Positions 40,872 through 52,379 of a stretch of 64,000 nt of DNA are shown one piece after another. The DNA is from Octopus vulgaris (lineage: Eukaryota), in the NCBI GenBank assembly GCA_951406725.2, contig OX597815.1:51584001-51648000 (forward strand), in the 5' to 3' direction. Position 1 is the stretch's first letter; the number at the start of each line of letters is the position of its first letter. The position numbers and the translations under genes were made by a program. The notes under the pieces were generated by a model. The model saw only the letters and a program-made list of their open reading frames with translations, did not search any database and was not told the origin of the DNA.

Positions 40872-40985
40872 ATATTTCGTAATGGTCATTTTGCCAGTTT
40901 AGCCAATAAAAACACACGCACTATATATTTGGTGTTATTTTGCTTCAGTGTTATTTATTTTTTACATTAATCTTAATCTTATTTT

Positions 40986-41030
40986 GGCCAGAGTTCTTTC
41001 GTCACACTCCTGTGACCGCATCAGTGGTCC
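40986..41030 (-). ncRNA. Variant minimal type I hammerhead-like motif
   Basis: GGACCA-CTGATGC-G-[GTCACA ggag TGTGAC]-GAAAG-AA-CTC/TGGCC, within an AT-rich insert (~40865-41540) flanked by (TA)n. Confidence 0.55.
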
Positions 41031-41324
41031 TTTGTTTTCTTCTTCCTTATTTGTGTCTCTCCTTACTAACCGTCAGCCATTTTGTATTTCTATTGTATGT
41101 CTTCATTTGCGCATGCTTATATCTCTATGTGCGTCTATGTTTATTTAGTGTGTGTGGGGGGGATGCCTGTAATATTTGTATCTTCTGTTTATATACGTTT
41201 ATGTAATTTGTTTTTGTTGCTGTTGGTTATTCTTATTTGTTCATGTGTTTACATCCACACATTATTATTATCATTACATATGCTTGTATGTATGTATGTA
41301 TGTATAACAACAATACTAGTAATG

Positions 41325-41371
<47 letters not shown>

Positions 41372-41584
41372 AAAACTTATATAGTTATTTATTTCTATTT
41401 GTTTATTTATCTGTGTATTTTATTTATTATGTTTTGTTTATATTGTAACCAGTTTATGGGGATCCTCTACCGTCATATGTTGTGGTGTGTGCTAGTGTTC
41501 TATTCCAGTTTCCTATTCAGGCTAGGTTAGGTTTATCTTCTACATATATATATATGTATGTTGTATGTATGTATATATGTCTAT

Positions 41585-41905
41585 GAAGGTATGTGGCTTA
41601 GTGGTTAGGACATTCAGTTCATGATCGTAAGGTCATGAGTTCAATTCCCAGTGACGCATTGGTCCTTGAGCAAGACACTTTATTTCACATTACTCTAGTT
41701 AATTCAGCTGGCAAAAATGAGTAGTACCCATATTTCAAAGGGCCAGCCTTGTCACATTCTGTATCACACTGATCTCCCTGAGAGCTACTTTAAGGGTACA
41801 TGTGTCTGTGGAGTGCTCAGCCATTTGCACGTTAATTTCATGAGCAGGCTATTCCATTGATCGTATCAGCTGGGATCCTCATTGTCATAACCGGTGGAGT
41901 GCTCC
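41585..41905 (+). mobile_element. SINE family C variant
   Basis: TGGCTTAGTGG A box, GAGTTCAATTCC B box, ccttgagcaagacacttta core. Confidence 0.85.
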
Positions 41906-42702
41906 TATATATGTCTATATATATGTAAATTTGAATTTAAAATAATAAGGGTGAAAGATTGAATATTGATTTGATTAATATGAATTGATAACCAGTGGTG
42001 TAGCATATAAGACCATAGCGGATCTTCTAGCAAAATGGATGTCCACTCTTAATGGCTCAACCGTTATATAATAGTTTCACTTTAATAGTTTCAGTATTAA
42101 ACTGAAAGCATCTGAGAGATGATTTTCTTTCACTTTTAACACGTAATACTGAAATAGTAGAGAAGATATGATATTGCTGTGGGCTCGCCCTAGGCAAGAA
42201 GTAAGGCGTGTGTAAAATTTGAATGAAATTGGTTGTGTAGTTCTCAAGTTTTAGGGATTCACACAGACAGACAGACATTCTCAGTTTTATATATATAGAT
42301 ATAGATATATATATATAATACATATATAATATACACAAGCACTATGACCCGGCAACGCCGGGTCATAATGCTAGTGCATGCATATACAGCTGCGTGCGTG
42401 CACACATACACATGAGTACTGTCCAAATCTCCAACCAATCATATACAGCTAGCCGGCATTCAATTGGCATATCAAGTTTTGGGCATTTTGATTGGGTTTT
42501 GGGTAGAAAATTCACAAAAAAGTCACTTCTATTGATTTTTTAATGGCTTTGCGGGGTGACTGGGGAAATGTAAAGATGTGCACAACCACCTGTGGACGGT
42601 TTTAAATGACCATAGAAAGTGCGAGCATTCTAACAGAAAAATTTGTATAAAGGACACACATGCAGACATTTTGCCATATATATATATTACATATATTATA
42701 TA

Positions 42703-43098
42703 CTAGCAGTATCGCCCGGCGTTGCTCGGGTTGTAAGGGAAATAACTATATAAGCATTTTTAGAGAGTTATAGCCAAAAAATAGCAAAAAAATGCATTAA
42801 AAATTGAAAAAAAATTAAGGTAAATATTTTTTTTAAATCGTTGACACATTTTAGATATTTTTAGAGAGTTACTTCCCTTATATAAAAGCGAAAAAAATGC
42901 ATTAAAATGGAAAAATATGATGGTAAATTTTTTTTAAATCGTAGACTCATCGTAGACGCGTGCTAATACCCAGAAGGGCTCGATATGAATCACGACTATA
43001 AGATACCCGCTTTTGGTTAAACTGCACCGCAAAATGTGGGAGTAGTTACGAATCTAAATCGAAGGGGACAGACACACAACTTCACTCTTATATAAAGA
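42703..43098 (-). mobile_element. Complete non-autonomous Helitron
   Basis: Minus strand A|TCTTTATATAAG...CCCGAGCAACGCCGGG-CGATACTG-CTAG|T: canonical termini, subterminal hairpin, A/T insertion site and no TSD. Confidence 0.85.
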
Positions 43099-43260
43099 TG
43101 GTTTTTTTTTTCAGTCATAGAGTTAGATTTATGAAGGTCTTCAGTAGAAAATCCTTCGAATTCTGACTCGCTGCTTGATATAATGAAATTCGTATCCATT
43201 TTTTGTCAGAATTACAAATTTTGAAAACACAATAGGAACAAATTTCGGAAAAAAATCTCC

Positions 43261-44001
43261 CATCATCATCATCATCATCATCATCGTTTAACGTCCGTTC
43301 TCCATGCTAGCATGGGTTGGACGGTTCGACCGGGAATCTGGAAAGCCAGAAGGCTGCACCAGGCTCCAGTCTTATCTGGCAGTGTTTCTACAGCTGGATG
43401 CCCTTCCTAACGCCAACCACTCCGTGAGTGTAGTGGGTGCTTTTTACGTGCCACCTGCACAGGTGCCAGGCGAGGCTGGCAACGGCCACGGTCGGATTGG
43501 TGTATTTTATGTGCCACCTGCACGGAAGCCAAACGAGGGGGTGCTGGCATTGGCCACGAGTCGGATAGTGCTTTTTACGTACCACCAGACCAGGGATCCT
43601 GGCTGGTTCAATTCGATTTCGATTTCGCTTGCCCCAACATGTCTTCGCAAGCAAGGGGGTTGGCATGGGTGCCTGTCGTACGGTCAGATTGGTGTATTTT
43701 ACGTGCCACCGGCACGGAAGCCAGTGGAGGCGGCGCTGGCATCGGCCACGAGTCGGATAGTGCTTTTTACGTACCACCAGACCAGGGATCCTGGCTGGTT
43801 CAATTCGATTTCGATTTCGTTTCGTTTTCGCTTGCCCCAACATGTCTTCGCAAGCAAGGGGGTTGGCATGGGTGCCTGTCGTACGGTCAGATTGGTGTAT
43901 TTTACGTGCCACCGGCACGGAAGCCAGTGGAGGCATCGGCCACGAGTCGGATAGTGCTTTTTACGTACCACCAGACCAGGGATCCTGGCTGGTTCAATTC
44001 G
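43261..44001 (-). mobile_element. RTE 3'-UTR fragment with higher-order tandem duplication
   Basis: (CAT)n tail at 43261-85, RTE terminal motif, and ~190-200-bp units starting at 43495, 43687 and 43890. Confidence 0.9.
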
Positions 44002-44610
44002 AATTAAAATTACACTTCGATTTTTGTACAAAACTGTATTTGAAGTGTTTACGAAGTATAATTCGTGTTTTCACGAATGTACTAAAGAGATTTACTCTGA
44101 TATTCTCATTTAAATATGAATAGGTAAATTCGGGCGGTTTGGTAAGGAAAGGGTTTATATAAGTGTCGTCTGTTTATACATAAACACTGTTTCATACTTT
44201 CAGTTTAGTCTTCCTCAAATCACTCTGTAGCTAATTTACTCTCTTCCAAGAACATTTTCACTCACTCTTATCTGTTAGCTTCCCATACATTTTACTCATG
44301 TATCTATCAGCGTGATAGACAGAAACAAATATTACATCTAGTTTCACTTTATTCGTTGCACACTGTGTGTGTGCGTTTGCGTGAGGTGTAAACCAGACTA
44401 AGAAAAGCATTTGACATACACACCAGAATGTGAGTTTTCTGTAAATTTTGCTTAATTGGAGTTTAAATTTTAAAAACTGGACCTGGCATGATGCGATGCA
44501 TTCTACTCTTAAAAATGCTAGGTAAATTGTAATTGAAGAAACCCTATATTGTAGATTTCTATAACTCCCAAAGGGAGGCAGATAAAATCTGCCTTTTATA
44601 ATAAGAGATA

Positions 44611-46052
44611 TCATCACCATCATTGTTTAACATCTGCTTTCCATGCTAACATGGGTTGGACGATTTTGACTGAGGGCTGGCGAACCAGATGGCTGCACCA
44701 GACTCCAATCTTGATTTGGCAGAGTTTCTACAGCTGGATGCCCTTCCTAATGCCAACCACTCCGAGAGTGTAGAGGGTGCTTTTTATGTGCCACCGGCAT
44801 GGGGGCCAGTCAGGCGGTACTGGCAACGACCTCGCTTGAATCCTTTTACACATGCCACCAGCACAGGTACTAGTGAGGCGACATTGGTAACAATCACGCT
44901 CGAATAGTGCCATTTTACATGCCACTGGCATGGAAGCCAGTTGGCTGCCCTGGCAATGATCATGCTCGGATGGTGCTCTTGGCACCCTGCTAGCAAGGAC
45001 GCCAGTCATCGAGTTTGATTTTGATCTTGCTTTTGATTGATTTCACTTGCCTCAACAGGTCTTTGCAAGTAGAGTTTTAGTGTCCAAAGAAGGAAAAGGT
45101 ACGCATAAGTGGGCTGGTTACACCCCTGGCATAGGCCATGAGATTATGGTTTCATTTGGCTTGCTGGGTCTTCTCACGCACAGCATATTTCCAAAGGTCT
45201 CAGTCACAAGTCATTTCCTTGATGAGGCCTAAAGTTCGAAGGTCGTGCTTCACCACTTCATCCCAGGTCTTCCTGGGTCTACCTCTTTCACAGGTTCCCT
45301 CAACCACTAGGGTGTGGTACTTTTTCACACAGCTGTCCTCGTCCATTCTCACCACATGACCATACCAGTGCAGTCATCTCTCTTGCACACCACATCTGAT
45401 GCTTCTTAGGTCCAACATCTCTATCAAGGTACCTACATTCTATCAAGTATGCACACTGACATTACACATCCATCAGATAATACTGGCTTCATTCCTTGCG
45501 AGCTTACGCATGTCCTCAGCAGTCACAGCCCATGTTTCACTGCCATGTAGCATGGCTGTTCGTACACAAGCATCATACAGTCTATCTTTTACTCTGAGCA
45601 AGAGGCCCTTTGTCGCCAGCAGAGGTAAGAGCTCTCTGAACTTTGCCCAAGCTATTCTTATTCTAGCAGCTACAATTTCAGCGCAGCCCCCTCTGCTATT
45701 GACTTGGTCCCTTAGGTAACGGAAGCTATCAACTACTTCTAGTTTTTCTCCCTGGAATATGGTGGAAGTTGTTCTCTGCGCATTTTCAGTGTTTATTTCT
45801 CCTAAGCATCTGCCACATACAAAAACTATCTTCCCCGTTAGCCTCCCTTTGATATTGCTTTGATGTGTCCATAGCTTACACTGGGTGCATCTTATAGAGT
45901 TTCTACCTACACCTCCACTACAGATTGAGCAGGGCCATCTACCTGAAGGGATTTGTGGTTTGCCTGCCTTCCTACATATTAGGACTTTGGTTTTAGCTAG
46001 GTTGATCCTAAGGCCCTTCGATTCTAATCCTTGTTTCCACACTTGAAACTTC
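44611..46052 (-). mobile_element. 5'-truncated RTE LINE (RT C-terminus with PHD-like finger, 3' UTR, tail)
   Basis: ORF 45473-46052 reads KFQVWKQGLESKGLRINLAKTK..WPCSIC..LEVVDSFRYL..MLHGSETW; (CAT)-type tail at ~44611-23. Confidence 0.95.
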
Positions 46053-49000
46053 GCCTTTGTGGCTGGTGACTTCAATGGGCATGTTGGACGATATGCTGGG
46101 AGCTTCCATGGCGTACATGGAGGCTACGGTTATGGTTCCCGCAACGAGGAGGGAACCAGGCTGCTGGAGTTCTGTGATGTGAATAGCCTTATGGTTTGCA
46201 ACATTAACTTCAGGGAACCAACAAGCCACTTGGTCACCTACCGATCGGGCCGGCATACTAGCCAAATCGACTACATCCTTGCCAGAAAAAGGGAAAGATG
46301 GCTGCTTATGAATGCTAAAACCTTCCCAGGCGAAGAATGTACCCCACAACATAGACTGGTAGTTAGTGACTTTAGGATCAGGACTAAGAGGACGACTAGA
46401 AGATGACCAGCATGGAGAAGAAGGGACTGGAAGCTTAAAGACCCTGCAAATGGACAGAGATTTAGAGACATGTTACTTGAAGCCTTTGACAAAATAGAAG
46501 GGGGTATAGCTACACATGGGGTAGAAGACAACTGGATGCTTCTAAGGGACAACCTGCTGAAAGCCACTGACCAGATCTGTGGCTGGTGCAAAGTCCCCTC
46601 AAGACACAAAATAACGTGGCGGTGGAACAATATTGTTGACAGGGCTATTAGACAAAAAAAAACAGGCTTGGAAGGACTGGAAGAACGGTGGTAGCAGGGA
46701 AGTGTATCAGACTGCCAGAAGGGAAGCTAGGAGGCAGGTGTATTTAGCCAGAGGGGAAGCAGATAAGAAAAAATTTGCCAATGTTCTGCGCCGTAGGATG
46801 AAAGACTGGAGGTATTTCGTGTTGCAAGACAGTGTGTGAGAGAGAATCATGACGTGGTAGGAGAGAAATGTGTTCGCAAGGATGACGGTTCACTTGCGCT
46901 AAATGAGGATGCAAAGAGAGAGGTTTGGAGACGCCACTATGAAAGGTTGCTGAATGAGGAAAATGAATAGGATAAAGAGAGTCTGCCAAATATCGACCCA
47001 ACAGAGGGACCAGCAATCCGAGTTGACAGTTCCTTAGTAGTTAAGGCAATTACAAGCATGAAAACAGGGAAAGCCCCAGGCCCATCAGGAATTACTGCAG
47101 AAATGCTCAAAATATCTGGTAGTGTCGGCTATAGCCTAGTCACCCGTATAGTTAACCAGGTGATACACGAAGGAGTCATACCCAATGACTGGTGTAGCAG
47201 CATAATAGTCAACTGCTACAAAGGTAAAGGTGACGCCCTAGATACAAATAACTACAGGGGTATCAAGCTGCTGGATCAGGTAATGAAGGTTACGGAGAGG
47301 GTTATAGCCCAACTAATTAGAGAGAGTGTTAGCTTAGATGAGATGCAGTTTGGGTTCGTGCCAGGGAAAAGTACTACTGATGCTATATTCCTGGTAAGAC
47401 AGCTGCATACCTAGCCAAAGATAAGCCCCTGTACCTGGCTTTTGTTGACATGGAGAAAGCCTTCGACAGGGTCCCCCGATCCCTTATCTGGTGGTCAATG
47501 AGGAAACTAGGGATAGATGAATGGTTAGTGAGAGCTGTGCAAGCCATGTACAGAGACGCTGCTAGTAAGGTGAGGGTTGGCAACGAGTACAGTGAAGAAT
47601 TCCGGGTAGAGGTTGGGGTCCACCAAGGTTCAGTCCTCAGTCCCCTCCTATTTATCATAGTCCTCCAGGCAATAACGGATGAATTCAAGACAGGATACCC
47701 CTGGGAGCTCCTCTATGCTGATGACCTTGCTCTAATTGCTGAATCACTATCAGAACTGGAGGAGAAGTTTCAGGTGTGGAAGCAAGGTTTAGAATCGAAG
47801 GGCCTTAGAATCAACCTAGCTAAAACCAAAGTCCTAATATGTAGGTAGGTAGACCAATTACAAACGCCTTCAGGTAGATGGCCCTGCTCGATCTGTAAAA
47901 AAGGCATAGGTAGAAACTCTATAAGGTGCACCAAGTGTAAGCTATGGACACATAAGAGGTGTAGCAATGTCAAAGGAAGGCTAACTAGGAAAATAGTTTT
48001 TGTCTGTGGCAGATGCTCAGGAGCAATAAACACTGAAAATGTGCAGAGACCAACTTCTACCACGTTCCAGGGAGAAAAACTAGAAGTAGTTGATAGCTTC
48101 CGCTACCTAGGTGACCAAGTCAGTAGCGGGGGCGGGTGTGCTGAAAGTGTAACTGCTAGAGTAAGAATAGCCTGGGCAAACTTTAGAGAGCTCTTACCCC
48201 TGCTGGTGACAAAAGGCCTCTCGCTCAGAGTAAAAGGCAGACTGTATGATGCATGTGTACGTACAGCCATGCTACATGGCAGTGAAACATGGGCTGTGAC
48301 TGCTGAGGATATGCGTAAGCTCGCAAGAAATGAAGCCAGTATGCTCCGATGGATGTGTAATGTCAGTGTTCATAATCGACAGAGTGTAAGTACCTTGAGA
48401 GAAAAGTTGGACATAAGAAGCATCAGTTGTGGTGTGCAAGAGAGACGTTTGCGCTGGTATGGTCATGTGACGAGAATGGCTGAAGATAGTTGTGTGAAAA
48501 AGTACCACACCCTAGCAGTTGAGGGAACCTGTGGAAGAGGTAGACCCAGGAAAACCTGGGACGAGGTGGTGAAGCATGACCTACAAACTTTAGGTCTCAC
48601 CAAGGAAATGTCTAGAGACCGAGACCTATGGAAGTATGCTGTGTGTGAGAAGACCCGGCAAGACTAGTGAGACCATAACCCGTGGCCTCTACCTGGTATG
48701 TAGCCAGTCGACTTATACATACCTTTCCTTCTTGAGACACAAAACTCCACTTGTGAAGACCCGTTGAGGCAAGTGAAAATCAAAATCAAAATCAAAATCA
48801 AACCAAATCAAATCAGATATCAGAAAGCAGAACCAAAATCGAAGTCGATCAACATCAATGGAAATTGCAGCTGAGATACCAGTGCCAGTGACAAGTAAGC
48901 GAACAATCCGATCGTGGCCGTTGCCAGGTCCGCCCCGACTGGCCTCCGTGCCAGTGACACGTAAAAAGCACCATCTGTTCGTGGCCGTTGCCAACCTCGC

Positions 49001-49320
49001 CTGGCCCCCGTGCAGGTGGCACGTAGCACCCTCCGTTCGTGGCCGTTGCCAGCCTCGCCTGGCCCCCGTGCCAGTGGCATGTAAAAAGCACCATCCGTCC
49101 GTGGCCGTTTGCCAGCTCCGTCTGGCACCTGTGTGGGTGGCACATAAAAAGCAGCCACTACACTCACGGAGTGATTGGCGTTAGGAAGGGCATCCAGCCG
49201 TAGAAACACTGCCACATCAGACTGGGTCTGATGCAGCCTTCTGGCTTCACAGACCCCAGTTGAACCGTCCAACCCATGCTAGCATGGAAAGCGGATGCTA
49301 AATGATGATGATGATGATGA
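46053..49320 (+). mobile_element. 5'-truncated RTE LINE, disrupted ORF (APE C-terminal half, RT, PHD-like finger), 3' UTR repeats, (GAT)n tail
   Basis: AGDFNGHVG and SQIDYIL..QHRLVV (APE); KAPGPSGI, YRGIKLL, QFGF, DMEKAFD, VHQGSVLSPLLF and LLYADD (RT); RGRPRKTW. Contains stops and frameshifts. Confidence 0.97.
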
Positions 49321-49337
49321 TATATATTATATATATA

Positions 49338-49754
49338 CTCTTTTACTCTTTAACTAGTTTCAGTCATTTGACTGCAGCCATGCTGGAGCACCGCCTTTAA
49401 TCGAGCAACTCGACCCCGAGACTTATTCTTTGTAAGGCCAGTACTTATTCTATCAGTCTCTTTTGCCGAACCGCTAAGTGACGGGGACATAAACACACCA
49501 GCATCGGTTGTCAAGCAATGCTAGGGAGACAAACACAGACACACAAACATACACGCACATATATATATATATACATATATATACATATATACGACGGGCT
49601 TCTTTCAGTTTCCGTCTACCAAATCCACTCACAAGGCTTTGGCCAGCCCGAGGCTAAAGTAGAAGATACTTGTCCAAGGTCCCACGCAGTGGGACTGAAC
49701 CCGGAACCATGTGGCTGGTAAACAAGCTACCTACCACACAGCCACTCCTGCGCC
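49338..49754 (-). mobile_element. Full-length, young SINE family A
   Basis: End-to-end match to 55779-56185 with CpGs retained. Confidence 0.93.
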
Positions 49755-49827
49755 TATATAATATATATATATATATATATATATTACATATATAATACAT
49801 ATATAATATATATACATATTATATATA

Positions 49828-49886
<59 letters not shown>

Positions 49887-50564
49887 CATGTCAGGTCACT
49901 TTTGAGTGCTACTGGTAACATGTAACCCAGTACACCCTGTTGCATGATCGGGTCGGCGGCGGTTAAACCAGCAACCCCACGAAGCATGCTTGGTAAGGAG
50001 GGTGTTTATTGGACACCCTGCGGGATAAAAAACAAAACCCGTCAAAGGGCGGAGGAACTCTTGAGAGTCAACAGCCATCAAATAACTGTCTTAAGGATGT
50101 ATCATGTGCGGGGACAGAAATAATCAGACTGAATACCCGATCGTGCGGTTAAACCATTGGGAGTGAAGGACTCCTAGCCTTTGTTAGAAATTATTTCATA
50201 ATATTTATGAGAAGCTGGGAAGTTTTTTTCCAGTATAGACATAAATCTACTGTATATATTCGTAGAGTTTGCGCAGTTGAAGGGGATATTTAACCAAATA
50301 ACATTTTTCTTTCGTATTTTTTATTTGAGTGAGAGTGGGAAAGATTAATGTTATCTATATTCTTACAAGATTCATTATTCATTTTAGTCTTATATTTATG
50401 TTTATTAGGTTTTTTGTTTGTGGAAGAGAATTATTTACATTTATTTTATCTGGCTTAACACTTTCATATTTATTTATGATCTATTTACTATTTTCATTCA
50501 TATTATTGTGTTTATATCCTAGGTTCTTTTCTTCTATTGGTTTATGTTTATTTAGATATATATA

Positions 50565-51930
50565 TTGTTGTTGGCATCCATTTTGTCTCGGAAGACAATG
50601 GAGCTGCGCATAAAATAATCTAGTCTGGCTTTTACATTTCATGTCCTAATACATCTCCTGCTGTGGCTGTGTAGTCCTATCCTGGACAAGCACTCCCTCT
50701 GGCAGGTGCCGCAAATGTAGCGAAGACTTTGCCTGGCTGGTGGTAATGTTATAGTTTCTTGTTGACATCTTTTCTCCTCTCTCCCTCTGTCACTCCTTTG
50801 TGTTCCCTCTTTTACGGTACATCGCCAATCTCCATAGTTTCTGGTAACTACTTCCCAGTTGCTAATATTGATGTCACAGGCCTTTATGTCCCTTTTGCAA
50901 ACATCCTTGTATCGTAAGAACGGTTTTCCCACAGACCTAGTGCCCCCAGCAAGCTCTCCGTAGAGTATGACCTTGGGGATTCTGCCATCTTCCAAACGGC
51001 TAACATGTCCAAGCCATTTCATACGTCTTTGTGTGATGAGTGCAAACATGCTTGGTATTCCTGCTTGCTTGAGGACATCTTTGTTGGGGACATTATTCTG
51101 CCATATGATGCCAAGGATTTTCCGAAGGCAACACAAGTGAAAGATATTTAGGCAACGCTCTTGGCATGTGTATGGTGTCCAAGTATCACTTCCATACAGT
51201 AGAGTGCTAAGTACACATGCCTGGTAAATCTTCATTTTTGTGGTCTTGGTCAACTTATTGTTGTCTCATGCTCGTTTGGAGAGTTGGGCCATCACAGCAG
51301 CTGCCTTGCCAATGTGTATATTGAGCTCGACATCAAGGGATAGGTTGTAGGTGATGGTTGAGCTAAGATAAGTAAACTTCTCCACCTCCTGTAGTCTGTG
51401 GTCTCTAATATGTATGTCTGGGATGTCCGATGTAGCCTGACCCATGATATTGGTCTTCTTGAGGCTGATAACTAAGCCAAAGTCACTACATGCTTGCTCA
51501 AAACAGTTGATGAGCATTTGAAGGGCTTCTTCTGTGTGTGATGCCAGAGTGGCATCATCAGCAAATAGCATTTCCTTGATCAGGATACTTCTGATTTTGG
51601 CCTTGGCACGCAGACGCAAGAGATTGAACAGGTTCCCATCACTTCTACTGTGCAGAAACACTCCATCATCTGATGTCTCAAAGGCATGTGACAGCAGCAG
51701 CGAGAAGATGCCAAATAATGTAGGAGCAAGGACACAACCTTGCTTTACCCCGTTTTTTTATTTGGAATGCGGCTGATGTTGAACCATTGTGCTGTATGGT
51801 GCCTTGCATTTCATCATGGAAAGATTTGATGATCCTCAGCAGCTTTGGTGGACATCCGATTTTTTGGAGCAGGATGAAGAAGCCTTTTCTACTTACCAAG
51901 TCAAAGGCCTTTGTCAGATCAATGAAGGCC
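50565..51930 (-). mobile_element. 5'-truncated RTE-BovB-like LINE (RT to C-terminal C2H2 finger, (CAA)n tail)
   Basis: AFIDLTKAFD, GVKQGCVLAPTLF, LFADD, LLYGSDTW, GRIPKVILYGEL and CGTCQRECLSRIGLHSH; tail ttgttgttg at 50565-73. Confidence 0.95.
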
Positions 51931-52379
51931 GGGGTTAAGTCACATTACATGATACCATGGGCACATCTTCTACAATGAACTCAAGCTGATCACTGCTTTA
52001 TGAGTGAAATATGTTTGTTTTCTAAAGATCTGTTAAATTTTCAATCATTACAAAATTACTTTTTTATTCACTAATTCTGATAAAGAATGGAAAGTAATTG
52101 AAATATATGACGTCTGACATGAAATAGATTCTAGTGATAAGAATCAGTTTACTTTTTTATCTTCACAGTAATATTGCAGAAAAAAAAAAAAAAGCATGCT
52201 ATTTTGAAAACCAGAAAACTTAACTGAAACTCTTTCTCATCAGTTAATTACCTGCAACAAATAAAACTAAACTAATCAATAAACTAATGAAAGATCCTTT
52301 AGATTTTTACTCAACTCATTAGTAACCAAATCTTCAAGTTACACTCTGACAAAGGAAAAAATTACAGGATAGTTATTAA

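Larger units (their letters stand above)
40788..44608 (-). mobile_element. Nest of non-autonomous Helitron pieces with other elements inserted
   Basis: 3' hairpin+CTAG-type termini at ~40788, ~42337 and 42703. 5' TC termini (plus-strand ..tatagat/aagat/gagat) at ~42299, 43098 and 44608. Confidence 0.65.

Noticed and set aside
43304-44031. Overlapping 110-216-aa repetitive ORFs
   Set aside because: They are a by-product of a GC-rich tandem repeat in an RTE 3' UTR and are open in several frames on both strands.
44611-46052. Classical twin-priming 5' inversion
   Set aside because: The inverted part duplicates the 3' region, has its own tail and is diverged from the plus copy.
48880-49160. CRISPR-like repeat/spacer appearance
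   Set aside because: The spacers are homologous to each other, the array lies in a LINE 3' UTR in eukaryotic DNA, and there are no cas genes.
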